A stretch of DNA of 64,000 nt from an uncultured Dehalococcoidia bacterium (GCA_958296385.1 OY282494.1:3222956-3286955), one strand, 5' to 3'. Positions 35,155 through 45,202 are shown, counted from the stretch's first letter. The notes: generated by a model from the sequence alone, not told the origin. Numbers and translations are program-made.

Positions 35155-36583
35155 CCATCGCCTCGAGGCGGCTCTTTACGGATTGCAGGAAACGGCCGGA
35201 TTCCTCGCCGTCGTTGATGCGGTGGTCAAAGGACAGGCACACGTTCATCATCCAGCGGATGGCGATGGCGTCGTTGACTACTACGGGCCGCTGCTGCGCG
35301 GCCTCGGTGGTAATGATGCCGGCCTGCGGATGGTTGATGATTGGGCCGCTGACCGTGCTGCCCAGGGCGCCGGTGTTGTTGACCGTGAACGTGCCGCCCT
35401 GCACGTCGTCCAGCCGCAAACTGCCGGCCCGGGCCCGCCCGGCCCGGTCGGCGATGGCGTGGGCCAGGCCGGCGATGCTGAGCCGGTCGGCGTCGTGAAT
35501 CACCGGCACCACCAGTCCGGTAGGCGCGGCCACGGCGATACCCACGTTGACGCGCCGTTTCAGCAAGATGTGGTCATCGCCCCAGGAGGCATTCATCGTG
35601 GGGTTCTCTTTCAGCGCGCCGGCCACCGCTTTGATAGCAAAGGGCAGATAGGTCAGGTTGATACCCTCCCGTGCCTGGAATGTAGCACGCTCCCGGCTGC
35701 GCAGGGCAACCAGACTGGTGATGTCCACCTCCACCATACTCCAGGCATGGGGAATCTGGCTGACCGACCGCGCCATAGCGTCGGCAATCATCCGGCGCAC
35801 CGGCGTGATGGCCAGGCGTTCCTCATCCGCGCCGATTTCCGCCGGCGCAGCGGGCGGGGATGGCGGAGCGGATGGGGGCGCAACCGGCGATGGCGCAACC
35901 GAGGCGGCGGCCGCGACGGGCGCAGTTTCGAGGAACCGCAGCACGTCGTTTCGGGTGATGCGTCCGCCCATTCCGGTGCCGGTTATCTGCGCTACGTCAA
36001 GGTTATGCTCGCGGGCCAGACGGCGCACCGCCGGGGATAGGCGGTTGGCGGGACGTTCGGCGTCGATTTCGGTTTGCGGGGCGATGATGACCGGCGGCGT
36101 TGGCGTCGTCGGGGCTACGGCCGGCGGCGCCGGTGAGGACGCGGCGGCGGCGTCCTCCTGTTCCTGAGCCAACACTGCCGAGCCGCCGGTGGGACCGAAC
36201 GGCCGGGCGTTGGTAATCAGGTACGAAACGGGAGCGGCCGGCGTTGCCGGCGTCTGCGGAATCGCCGGAACGGGCGCTGATGGGGCGGGCGCCGGCGGTG
36301 CAATCGCCGTTGCTTGCGGCGCTGGCGGCGGTGCGCTGGCGGCTCCGTCGGTTTCTACTTCGGCGATGGGGGCGCCCATGGGCACCGTTTCGCCCTCGGA
36401 GGCGATGATGCGTACCAGTTGGCCGGCTACCGGCGACGGCACTTCCATAGTTACTTTGTCGGTAACTACTTCCACCAGCGGGTCGTACCGTTCCACCCGG
36501 TCGCCCGGTTGTTTCAGCCACTTGCCAATGGTGCCTTCAACGACACTCTCGCCAACGTGGGGCAGTTCTATGTATTGCGGCAC
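35132..36583 (-). CDS. 2-oxoacid dehydrogenase E2 (dihydrolipoamide acyltransferase)
   Basis: GTG 36583 follows AGGAA. The protein has a lipoyl domain (...VVTDKVTMEVPSP...), Ala/Pro linkers, a PSBD (LSPAVRRLAREHNLDVAQITGTGMGGRITRNDV), and a catalytic domain (...LSFDHRINDG). Confidence 0.9.
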   Translation of the reverse strand: MPQYIELPHVGESVVEGTIGKWLKQPGDRVERYDPLVEVVTDKVTMEVPSPVAGQLVRIIASEGETVPMGAPIAEVETDGAASAPPPAPQATAIAPPAPAPSAPVPAIPQTPATPAAPVSYLITNARPFGPTGGSAVLAQEQEDAAAASSPAPPAVAPTTPTPPVIIAPQTEIDAERPANRLSPAVRRLAREHNLDVAQITGTGMGGRITRNDVLRFLETAPVAAAASVAPSPVAPPSAPPSPPAAPAEIGADEERLAITPVRRMIADAMARSVSQIPHAWSMVEVDITSLVALRSRERATFQAREGINLTYLPFAIKAVAGALKENPTMNASWGDDHILLKRRVNVGIAVAAPTGLVVPVIHDADRLSIAGLAHAIADRAGRARAGSLRLDDVQGGTFTVNNTGALGSTVSGPIINHPQAGIITTEAAQQRPVVVNDAIAIRWMMNVCLSFDHRINDGEESGRFLQSVKSRLEAMDDDTPIY

Positions 36584-36669
36584 TAGTCGTTCCTGCTTAT
36601 CCGGTTGCTGATGTGAGGGCGTGAGTGACGCCGGACGGACGGTTGACGTTGACGGCGGGGCGGCGGGCG

Positions 36670-37653
36670 TCAGTAGGCCGCCAGCCGGCGAATTTCTGAT
36701 GCGATGGATTCCGGGCTGGGCATATAGGCGTCTTCCAGCGATTGGGCAAAGGGCATGGTGGGGACGTCGGGGCCGCACAGGCGGGCTACCGGCGCGTCCA
36801 GATACTCAAAGGCGGCGTCGGCGGCCAGCGCGGCAATCTCGGCGCCCACGCCGCCACTGATGTTGTCCTCGTGCACCACCAGCAGCTTGCCCGTCTTGCG
36901 CACCGACGACAGGATGGTTGCGGTGTCCAGCGGTTTCAGCGTGCGCAAGTCAACCACCTCGGCGGCGATGCCGTCGGCGGCCACGGCGTCGGCGGCGGCC
37001 AGGCAGTAGTGCATCGCCAGCCCGTAAGACACCACCGTAACGTCGCCGCCGGTGCGTTTCAAGTCGGCCGGGCCGATGGGCAAAGTGTAGTCGTCATCCG
37101 GCACTTCGCCCCGCACCAGCCGGTAGGTCTTTTTGTGCTCCAGGAAAATCACCGGGTTGTCGTTGCGGATGGCCGACTTCAGCAGCCCTTTGGCCTCGTA
37201 AGGCGTGGACGGCGTTACCACCATCAGGCCCGGAGTGTGAAAGAACATGGACTCCACGTTCTGCGAGTGAAAGAGGCCGCCCCGGATGCCGCCGCCGTAG
37301 GGGATGCGCACGGTCATAGGAACGCGCAGGGCGCCGTTGGTGCCGTAGTGGACGCGGGCGGCCTCGCCGATAAGCTGGTTGACGCTGGGCCAGACGAAAT
37401 CGGAGAACTGCACTTCGGGGACGGGCCGCAGCCCCCGGAAAGCCGCGCCCAAAGCGATGCCCATGATGGACGCCTCCGCCAGAGGAGTGTCCATAACGCG
37501 CTGGGGGCCAAAATCCTCGATAAAACCCTGCGTCGCCAGGAACACGCCGCCGCGCTGCCCCACGTCCTCGCCCATCACGAACACCCGCGCGTCGCGCTCC
37601 ATCTCTTCCCGCAGCGCCGAACGCACCGCCTCAATTACCGTCATCTCTGCCAT
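36670..37653 (-). CDS. 2-oxoacid dehydrogenase E1 beta subunit
   Basis: Supporting sequence: MAEMTVIEAVRSALREEMERDARVFVMGEDVG...FQRVMDTPLAE... Confidence 0.9.
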   Translation of the reverse strand: MAEMTVIEAVRSALREEMERDARVFVMGEDVGQRGGVFLATQGFIEDFGPQRVMDTPLAEASIMGIALGAAFRGLRPVPEVQFSDFVWPSVNQLIGEAARVHYGTNGALRVPMTVRIPYGGGIRGGLFHSQNVESMFFHTPGLMVVTPSTPYEAKGLLKSAIRNDNPVIFLEHKKTYRLVRGEVPDDDYTLPIGPADLKRTGGDVTVVSYGLAMHYCLAAADAVAADGIAAEVVDLRTLKPLDTATILSSVRKTGKLLVVHEDNISGGVGAEIAALAADAAFEYLDAPVARLCGPDVPTMPFAQSLEDAYMPSPESIASEIRRLAAY

Positions 37654-37709
37654 AATGCTACCTGCTGCGCTGAATGTTGACTGCCCCAAACGAATTCCCC
37701 GACTAGCGG

Positions 37710-37919
37710 TCAGGGCCGGTCTGATATGCCCAGTTCCTCAAGCGAGATGATGTCGTCTAGATTGATGCCTCGTTCCTTAAGGCGCGAGCGTAGCATGGCT
37801 ATGACCTCAGCGCGGCCTTCGGAGTAACCTTCAGCGTAGCCTTCGGCATAAGCTTTGGCCCGCTGTTTCCGCTTTTGGGGTTCCAGCAATGTCTTGGTGA
37901 GAAATGCAGCGAGTACCAT
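37710..37919 (-). CDS. truncated soluble paralog (short form) of the 37987-38448 gene
   Basis: GGGAG precedes the ATG. The 69-aa product MVLAAFLTKTLLEPQKRKQRAKAYAEGYAEGYSEGRAEVIAMLRSRLKERGINLDDIISLEELGISDRP aligns with the tail of the upstream gene. The 3' flank CCCAAACG(A/G)ATTC... is duplicated at 37685 and 37962. Confidence 0.45.
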   Translation of the reverse strand: MVLAAFLTKTLLEPQKRKQRAKAYAEGYAEGYSEGRAEVIAMLRSRLKERGINLDDIISLEELGISDRP

Positions 37920-37986
37920 AATGGCTCCCTTGTATATGCTGCCGGTTGCGCCGTATCACGACCCAAACGGATTCGCCGATTTGGGG

Positions 37987-38448
37987 CTAGGCCCGGTCTG
38001 ATTCCCCCGGCTCTTCCGGCGGGAATATGACATCCGGGTTGATGCCGTGTTTCTCAAGGCGCGGGCGTGCCTCAGCTATGGTTTCGGCGCGGACTTCATC
38101 CCGGACTTCGGCACGGACTTCATCATGGACTTCGGCGCGGATTGCATCTCGCAGTCTCCGCTTTTGGGGTTCCAGCAGGTTGTTGTTGAGGAATTCGGCT
38201 AGTACCACGATGCCTCCTTTGGCTTCTCTGGCCAGGATGGTGAGGATATTGTATATGCCGCCGGTGATGCCCAGGGCGATTAGGGCGATGGCGATTTTGG
38301 TCGGGATGTACGGCGTTTCGAGGTGGGTGGTGGTGGCGAATCCGTACCAGGTTACGCAAGCGTATATTGCCAGCAGCAGCAGCAGACGGGCAACTTTGCT
38401 CAGGTAGCGCAGCAGGCGATTTCGGGATGCGACTCCGGTTCCGTTCAT
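37987..38448 (-). CDS. small 2-TM membrane protein with charged helical tail (long form), paralogous in architecture to 23030-23458
   Basis: TM segments are LLLLLAIYACVTWYGFATTTH and IAIALIALGITGGIYNILTIL. The tail is LAEFLNNNLLEPQKRRLRDAIRAEVHDEVRAEVRDEVRAE...PPEEPGESDRA. It shares the W-Y-x-x-TTT(D/H) motif with the 23030 protein. Confidence 0.5.
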   Translation of the reverse strand: MNGTGVASRNRLLRYLSKVARLLLLLAIYACVTWYGFATTTHLETPYIPTKIAIALIALGITGGIYNILTILAREAKGGIVVLAEFLNNNLLEPQKRRLRDAIRAEVHDEVRAEVRDEVRAETIAEARPRLEKHGINPDVIFPPEEPGESDRA

Positions 38449-38504
38449 TCGGAAAGGTTTGCAGTTAGGTTTGTCATTGGCCGGCGGGGGCTAGGTATGG
38501 GCGG

Positions 38505-39560
38505 CTAGGCGTACAGGTTGTCGTAGATGGTGGATGCGTCGGGCGGCGGGGCGGCGTCGGCGTAGTCGGTGGCGTCGTTCACTTGCTGCTGCGCCTCGGC
38601 CCGGAACTCGTCCACCTGCTCCGGGGTCAGCAGTCCCCGCTCTACCAGCAGCGCCGGGAACGTTGCCACCGGGTCCAGCCGGCGGGCGGCGTCCACGGCG
38701 TCCCGGTCGCGATAGCGGCGGTCGTCGTCGTCGGTGGTGTGGGGCATGAACCGTTCGCACTTCATCTCCACCAGCGACGGGCCGACGCGGCGGGCGTGGT
38801 CAATGCCCTGACGGGCCGCCTCGTAGCAGGCGATGAGGTCCATACCGTCCACCACGAAACCGGGAAAGCCGTAGCTGTCGGCACGGGCCGCAACGTCGCC
38901 AATCGCCATCTGGCTGCTTTGCGGGGTGGAGATGGCGAAGCGGTTGTTCTCGCAGATGAACAGGATGGGCAGTTGGTGGATGGACGCAAAGTTCATCGCT
39001 TCGTGGGTTTCGCCCTGGCTGGAGGCGCCATCGCCGAACCAGCAGAGGGTAACCGTGTCGTCGCCCAGCATCTTGCAGCCCAGGGCGTAGCCCACGCTTT
39101 GCGTCAGGCTGGCGGCCACCACGTTGGATATTTGGATGATTTTGCGAGGCAGGTCGGCGCCCTGGAGGGGGAACTGGCGCGCGCCCGAATAGGGTTCGCC
39201 GTCCTTGCCCATAAACGACAGCATCACCTGGCGGGGCGTCAGGCCGGCGGCCATCTTGACGGCCAAATCCCGGTAGTAAGGGAACAGGAAACAGTCGCCG
39301 TCTTTGCGGGCCGCCAGCAGCGAGCCCAGCTGCGCCGCCTCGTGGCCCTGCGCGGAGGCGGCGATGGGCACCTTGCCCTGCCGGTTCATCATCCAGATGC
39401 GCTCGTCCACGGTGCGCACCATAATCAGCTGGCGGCACACCTCCACCAGGTCGGCGGCGGCCAGGCCGTCGGGCAGCGGCGGCGCGTCCGGGCTAGTCTG
39501 GGCAATAGCAATAGCGCTATCGGCGTCGGTTGCGTTGGCCTGCGTCATCAGACTGGTCAT
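38505..39560 (-). CDS. 2-oxoacid dehydrogenase E1 alpha subunit (ThDP-dependent)
   Basis: ...YRDLAVKMAAG... and ...CWFGDGASSQGETHEAMNFA... (ThDP motif GDG...N) support the call. Confidence 0.9.
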   Translation of the reverse strand: MTSLMTQANATDADSAIAIAQTSPDAPPLPDGLAAADLVEVCRQLIMVRTVDERIWMMNRQGKVPIAASAQGHEAAQLGSLLAARKDGDCFLFPYYRDLAVKMAAGLTPRQVMLSFMGKDGEPYSGARQFPLQGADLPRKIIQISNVVAASLTQSVGYALGCKMLGDDTVTLCWFGDGASSQGETHEAMNFASIHQLPILFICENNRFAISTPQSSQMAIGDVAARADSYGFPGFVVDGMDLIACYEAARQGIDHARRVGPSLVEMKCERFMPHTTDDDDRRYRDRDAVDAARRLDPVATFPALLVERGLLTPEQVDEFRAEAQQQVNDATDYADAAPPPDASTIYDNLYA

Positions 39561-39654
39561 CTCCTGGTAGCCGTAAGCGTAAGCGTAGCGGACGATAGGA
39601 TAGCGGCCGCTGGTCTCAATGATAGACTAACCGGGATAGGGCTGGCAAACGGCG

Positions 39655-41772
39655 CTATTGCGGCGTGCCCGCTGGCCCGGGCGTAACGAGGATGTCCCCC
39701 TCCCAGATGTACTTATAGCCGCCAGCCGCCGGTATGAACTGGCCGGTTCTGATTTCAGCGATGTCGTATTCCGGTAGCGGAACTATGACCCAGCAGGTGT
39801 TAGCCAGTCTGATGAGACTATCCTCGTAGAAGTCTCGGTTGTCATAACCGTGCTGCTTGCGGTCGTCGGGCAGGTCGTTCACGTCAACCGGGTGCAAGTG
39901 GAGGAAAAACGCGGCGTCAAGGTCGCTCGGGCCGCACTGTTCCTTTACGTAGATCAGCCGGTTTTCCACAAGGTGGACGTCGAATTCGGAACGAATTGCC
40001 GGCGTGTTGCCCCTGGTCAACTCCGCATTGTAATCGCTGGACACTATTAGGTCGCGTCCGGCAAAAGCGGAGCTGACCCACTCATGGTCGTCGGACTCAA
40101 AGGGCATCCAGAGGTTGGGCCCCATCGGCATGGCATATTCACCTTGCTCAAACGCCTGCTCCACAGTGGCTGCCGGGGGGTGGACGTCGATATTAACGCC
40201 ACGCTCCTCCGGGTAGCCGGGGGGCGGAGAACGGTCGTGGGCCATTTGGCGCTCTCGGTTGGGGCGTGTAACCGGATTGCGCGCTATCGTCGCGTCGGTC
40301 AGACCCATATAGTCAATGACGGTCAGTTCCGGGAGGTGATAGGAATGGATGCCAATGCTGCCACGAAGCATTACTGCATCGCCGGGAATTATCCCCCGTT
40401 GCATATTCTCGTAGGGCTGCCACCTCGCAATCATGAGGTCAGCGAATTCACGATGCTCAACGAACCGATCACCTACGTGCTGCTGGACAAGAGTAGCGCG
40501 CAAGTCGTTGGCGGTTGCCGCCAGCGCGGGCATCCCCGGCGCGAACAGCAGCCAGCCGGCGTTATCATCATCAAGCTCGATATGAATTCGCTTGATGCGT
40601 TCGTCAATCTTGGCCCCCTCAAACAGCAGCGCCGCCTGCATTGCGCTGGAGTAGAAAATGACCGGGACGAACAGCAGCAGCGCCCACGCCGGCGGGCTTG
40701 ACAGTATCCTGACTTGTGCGATTGGCCGGATACGCTGCGCCCTATCCGCAACCCAGCCGCCCAGATGCACAATCCCCACTGCCGCCGGCAGCGCCAGCAG
40801 CGGCCAGTAGAAATCCAGCGGGCGGTACTCAAAGTGGTCGCCGCCAATCCGCATTACGTAGGCCATGTGCACTACGATTATCAGCAGCACCAGGGTGAAA
40901 GCGCCATCCCGGTATTGCCGCCAGCGTTCCCGCAGGGCGACAAATGCCAGCGGCAGCAGCAGGTACAGCCCGGTTTCAATGGCCGCCGCACAGAGGTACC
41001 GGAACCCTGATTCGTACCAGGGGCGGACGTGCTTGGCGTAGTAGGTGTTGGGCAGCCATTCGCCGTAGTAGGCGTAGCGGAACAGGAAATGCGCCTCTAT
41101 CAGGATTGCAAAGGGCACAATCAGGAAAGTCAGCTCCCGCCATTCCAGCCGGGGCCGACCGGCGTCAATCATCCGCTGGACGATGAACCAGCCGAAGCAC
41201 AGAACCGCAATCAGCGGGCCCTCCGGGCGGGTCAGGGACGCTGCGGCCAGGCTCAGCGATGCGGTCAGCAAGCCCCACTGGTTGTTGCGGTACAGGGCCA
41301 GACAGATTACCGCTACGACTATAAAGAAGGTGAACTGCCGGGTTTCCAGCCCGCCGCCGGACGTCCAGACGGCAAAAGTTGCGCTGCTGCACACCAGCCC
41401 CAACGCCAGCCACGCCGTCAATCCCCGGCAGCGCAGCGATGGCGTGCGCCACGCCCACCACAGCAGCGCGGCGATGGTTGCCGCCGTGTAAATTACCGAC
41501 AGCCACGGGGCGGCGTGTTCGGGCTTGATGCCCAAGATGCCCCAAACGGCGGCCAGTTCCAGTACCCACAGGAAGTTGGAGTAGCCCTCAACCCGCTCGC
41601 CAACGTTGAAAACCAGGCCGTGCCCCTCCAGCAGATTGCGAACGTAGCGAAAGCTGATAAAGGCGTCGTCGGTAAGAAACCACGACACCGATGCCAGCCA
41701 ACCCAGCAGCGCCAGCCAGGGCAGAATGGCAACGATGAAATAGATGCGGTGGGCTGGAAGTAAAGTTCGCAC
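39655..41772 (-). CDS. GT-C-like integral membrane glycosyltransferase candidate, copy 4 (intact full-length form of pseudogene copy 1)
   Basis: The GTG start at 41772 is chosen by alignment with copy 2. The N-terminal ~330 aa is near-identical to copy 2, and the C-terminal module matches copy 1 codon for codon (...DDRKQHGYDNRDFYEDSLIRLANTCW...). Confidence 0.8.
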   Translation of the reverse strand: MRTLLPAHRIYFIVAILPWLALLGWLASVSWFLTDDAFISFRYVRNLLEGHGLVFNVGERVEGYSNFLWVLELAAVWGILGIKPEHAAPWLSVIYTAATIAALLWWAWRTPSLRCRGLTAWLALGLVCSSATFAVWTSGGGLETRQFTFFIVVAVICLALYRNNQWGLLTASLSLAAASLTRPEGPLIAVLCFGWFIVQRMIDAGRPRLEWRELTFLIVPFAILIEAHFLFRYAYYGEWLPNTYYAKHVRPWYESGFRYLCAAAIETGLYLLLPLAFVALRERWRQYRDGAFTLVLLIIVVHMAYVMRIGGDHFEYRPLDFYWPLLALPAAVGIVHLGGWVADRAQRIRPIAQVRILSSPPAWALLLFVPVIFYSSAMQAALLFEGAKIDERIKRIHIELDDDNAGWLLFAPGMPALAATANDLRATLVQQHVGDRFVEHREFADLMIARWQPYENMQRGIIPGDAVMLRGSIGIHSYHLPELTVIDYMGLTDATIARNPVTRPNRERQMAHDRSPPPGYPEERGVNIDVHPPAATVEQAFEQGEYAMPMGPNLWMPFESDDHEWVSSAFAGRDLIVSSDYNAELTRGNTPAIRSEFDVHLVENRLIYVKEQCGPSDLDAAFFLHLHPVDVNDLPDDRKQHGYDNRDFYEDSLIRLANTCWVIVPLPEYDIAEIRTGQFIPAAGGYKYIWEGDILVTPGPAGTPQ

Positions 41773-41901
41773 GGCGCAGCGGTTTGGGGAATTGCGGGGG
41801 ACTATTCTACCACTGCCATTGCGAGGGTACGGTCTTAACGGCAGTGCAGCTTCCCGCGGCATCCGGGCCGGATTGTAGCACAGGGCCGCCCGCCGCCGGG
41901 C

Positions 41902-43929
41902 TTACTCCGCAACGACGTATTCCCCCTCCCACAAGCGGCCCTGGCCCTCTGTCCATTGGCCCGTGCGGATGGCCGCCAGGTCATAATCCGGCAGTACTCG
42001 GATAGCAAAGCAGGTTGCCCCCAATTGGTAGCCGGACTTGGCAAAGTCGAAATCGCGGTTGTCAAAACCGTACTGCTTACGCTGGTTGGGCAGGTCTGCC
42101 GGGTCCACCGGCTCCAGATGCAAAAAGAACTTCGCGGCAGTGTCCTCCGGCCGGCATTGCTCTTTCCGGTAGATAAGCGCGTTCTCGTGGAGATAGACGT
42201 CATAATCGGAACGAATTACAGGCTCGCCGGACGCTATGGCCGCGTATTCCGCACTCAGCGCCCCGGCGGAGTCGTAATCCCGGTTAACTTTGAATATCAC
42301 GCCGTCGCTCAGCTGCGCCACCGGCTCCAGCCTCAGGGTACGCAGGATGCCGAGATTATAATAGTGGTGAGCCACGTAGCGGTCCATATACGGGTATAGC
42401 CAGACTACGTATGTCCCATCCGCTGCGCGTTCAATCTGCCGTCTCGCCTCAGCCCAATTTCTTTCCATAGGGTGAGCATTGTTATGGCCAGCGTGGTGGT
42501 ACAGGCTGATTGCTGAGTTGGAGAGTACCCGTTCCGTCGCCAGGCGCTCGCTGACGTACTGCATAACTGCCGAGTCAATCCACCCCCGGCCAGTCAGTCC
42601 CAAATGGACGAAGCCGGCGTTCACCCGCCAGATTTCACGCGCGTTCATCGCTGCGTTGACCGAGAGCCAAAGGCAAAGAACCAGCAAAATGATCAGGGCT
42701 AACAAACTCGTCCTTTTTACCCTCCCCCATACCAACATTCTAATTACCGGCACACCGGCAATGCTTCCCATCAAATTTCGCGCGCGCGCATAGCTCAACA
42801 AACGGTCGGTCACCAGCAGCGCGGCGAACAGGAGCGGAATGTACACGGGAGTCAGAAATCGGGGCTTTACCCCGTGCCAGGTGTTCCCCAGCATTATCGC
42901 GACAACCAGCAAAGCCAGGTGCGCCAGCACAAATACGCCGAATATGACAAAGGGGCGCCATTCCCCCCAATCATTCCCGAGCCCGGTAGAATGACCCAGA
43001 GCGCGGCGGCGGGCGCGCCGGGCAACGTAACCAACCGCTGCCGCCAGCGCGAGCAAGGTTACTCCGCCCAGGGCCACGGTGAAATAATAACCGTCGCTGC
43101 TTACCGGCCAGTTCCAGATTAGCGACTTTCCCAGAATGCCACAAATACCGCTCAGAATCTTTATCAAAGAGTAATCAACAGGCTGCTGATTCCCGGTAAT
43201 TTCTCCGATGCGCAGATAATTCCGCAGCAGCCATAGTCCAATGGGGGCCAGCGCAATCAGCGAATATATCGCGATGCGCCGCAACTTGGTTGACAGCGGG
43301 ATACCGTGCTGGAAAAGCAGCAGCAAGCCTACGGTGAACGCTAACGATATGCCCACGTAGTGCGTCAACCAGGCCAGGGCAGTGAAAACCGCCGCCCAAA
43401 GCAACGCGGAACGCTTGCCGCTGCCCAGGAACGCGTCGGTCTGGATCAGGGCCAGTATGGTGAACAGAATAAATGCCGGGCGGGATAACCCCCAGAACGC
43501 AATTTCGGCCAGCGGCAGCGCAAGCGCAACCGCCAGACAGCCCCACAGAACCAGAAAGCGGGATTCCAGGCACCGGTGCAGCCACCGCCCGGCGATGAAA
43601 ACGGTCACCCCGAAAATGACGGCGTTGACCGGGCCGGAAACGTCGCGCGGGTCGAACACGCCAAGACTGGCCGCAGCCAGAATCATCGGATAGAGCGGGG
43701 CCCAATTTGTATAGAATGCCCCATTCCACTGAATAAAGCCGTTCCCCGCCAGCAGGTTGCGGGCTACGGAGATGTAATTTATGGGATCCCACGATAGAGC
43801 CACCCCATAAGTAACCTCCCGCGCCAGCACGAGGGCCGTACCCAGCACGGCAATGCCGGCCAGCAGCAGCGTAAAGCGGCCGGGCCGGAGACGGGACAGC
43901 GGGCGGCGGGAGAATAGGGGCGGGTTCAT
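41902..43929 (-). CDS. GT39/ArnT-like polytopic membrane protein (copy 5) with the shared C-terminal module
   Basis: The start is set at Met22 (43929). ...DPINYISVARNLLAGNGFIQWNGAFYTNWAPLYPMILA... is a PMT_2-like loop. The C-terminus is IRSDYDVYLHENALIYRKEQCRPEDTAAKFFLHLEPVDPADLPNQRKQYGFDNRDFDF...AIRTGQW. Confidence 0.7.
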   Translation of the reverse strand: MNPPLFSRRPLSRLRPGRFTLLLAGIAVLGTALVLAREVTYGVALSWDPINYISVARNLLAGNGFIQWNGAFYTNWAPLYPMILAAASLGVFDPRDVSGPVNAVIFGVTVFIAGRWLHRCLESRFLVLWGCLAVALALPLAEIAFWGLSRPAFILFTILALIQTDAFLGSGKRSALLWAAVFTALAWLTHYVGISLAFTVGLLLLFQHGIPLSTKLRRIAIYSLIALAPIGLWLLRNYLRIGEITGNQQPVDYSLIKILSGICGILGKSLIWNWPVSSDGYYFTVALGGVTLLALAAAVGYVARRARRRALGHSTGLGNDWGEWRPFVIFGVFVLAHLALLVVAIMLGNTWHGVKPRFLTPVYIPLLFAALLVTDRLLSYARARNLMGSIAGVPVIRMLVWGRVKRTSLLALIILLVLCLWLSVNAAMNAREIWRVNAGFVHLGLTGRGWIDSAVMQYVSERLATERVLSNSAISLYHHAGHNNAHPMERNWAEARRQIERAADGTYVVWLYPYMDRYVAHHYYNLGILRTLRLEPVAQLSDGVIFKVNRDYDSAGALSAEYAAIASGEPVIRSDYDVYLHENALIYRKEQCRPEDTAAKFFLHLEPVDPADLPNQRKQYGFDNRDFDFAKSGYQLGATCFAIRVLPDYDLAAIRTGQWTEGQGRLWEGEYVVAE

Positions 43930-44017
43930 TTCGGTCCGGTTATGCGGCGGCGGGCGGTAGGCTATAATAGCCCTTGTTATCAGCCCATTCAAGGTGCTGT
44001 GCGTTCAAGGAGTCGTT

Positions 44018-45202
44018 ATGCCTATTTCGCGGTATGTTAGCCGGTCGATGGAGGAGGGGGGGTGGATTCGCCGGATGTTTGAGGTGGGGATTGCGCTTAA
44101 GGCGCAGTATGGCGATGAGAATGTGTTTGACTTGTCGCTGGGCAATCCGATTATGGAGCCGCCAGCGGCGTTTCACGCGGAGCTGCGGCGCATCGCCGGC
44201 AATCCGGCGCCGGGGATGCACCGCTATATGCCCAACGCCGGCTATCCGGAGACCCGGCAGGCGGTGGCCGATACGCTGTCGGGCGAAACCGGCCTGCCTT
44301 TTGGCGCGGGGGACATCGTGATGACTTGCGGCGCGGCGGGGGCGGCCAACGTGGTGCTGCGCGCGATTCTGAACCCCGGCGACGAGGTTATCATCCTGGC
44401 GCCGTTCTTTGGGGAGTACGTTTATTACATCCAGAATCACAACGGGACGCCGGTTATCGTTCCAACCAACGCGGAGTTCGGGCTGGACCTGGCGGCGATT
44501 GACGCGGCGATTACGGCGCGCACCCGGGGCATCATCATCAACTCGCCCAACAACCCGTCCGGCGTGGTGTATCCCGACGCGGACATCCGGGCGCTGGGCG
44601 ACTTGCTGGGGCGCGCTGAGGCCCGGTACGGCTCGGAGATTTTTATTATCAGCGACGAACCGTATCGCCGCATCATCTACGATGGGCTGGAGTATCCGCA
44701 GGTGTTTCCGCATTACGAACACACCATCGTGGTCAATTCCCACGCCAAAGATTTGGGGCTGCCGGGCGAGCGCATCGGACATATCGCGGTGCATCCGGGC
44801 TATGCGGGCAAGGCGGAGCTGGTGGACGGGCTGGTGTTTTGCAACCGGGTGCTGGGGTTTGTCAATGCGCCGGCGCTGATGCAGCACGTGGTGCGCGCGG
44901 TGCAGGATGCGTCGGTGGACGTGGGCGAATACCAGCGCAAACGGGATTATCTGTACGACCGGCTGACGGGGATGGGCTATTCGGCGGTCAAGCCGCAGGG
45001 GGCGTTCTACCTGTTCCCCCGCTCGCCGCTGGACGACGACGAGGCGTTTGTGGCGGCGTTGCAGGAGTACAACGTGCTGGTGGTGCCAGGCAAAGGCTTC
45101 GGCGCCCCCGGCCATTTCCGCATCTCGTACTGCCTGGAGGATCGGGTTCTGGAGGGGGCGATGGACGGGTTTGCGCGGGCGGCGGAGCAGTATCTGCGCT
45201 AA
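44018..45202 (+). CDS. class I/II PLP-dependent aminotransferase
   Basis: AGGAG precedes ATG 44018. ...FDLSLGNP...YMPNAGYPETR...ISDEPYRRIIYDG...NSHAKDLGLPGERIG... shows SxAK with the PLP lysine. Confidence 0.9.
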   Translation: MPISRYVSRSMEEGGWIRRMFEVGIALKAQYGDENVFDLSLGNPIMEPPAAFHAELRRIAGNPAPGMHRYMPNAGYPETRQAVADTLSGETGLPFGAGDIVMTCGAAGAANVVLRAILNPGDEVIILAPFFGEYVYYIQNHNGTPVIVPTNAEFGLDLAAIDAAITARTRGIIINSPNNPSGVVYPDADIRALGDLLGRAEARYGSEIFIISDEPYRRIIYDGLEYPQVFPHYEHTIVVNSHAKDLGLPGERIGHIAVHPGYAGKAELVDGLVFCNRVLGFVNAPALMQHVVRAVQDASVDVGEYQRKRDYLYDRLTGMGYSAVKPQGAFYLFPRSPLDDDEAFVAALQEYNVLVVPGKGFGAPGHFRISYCLEDRVLEGAMDGFARAAEQYLR

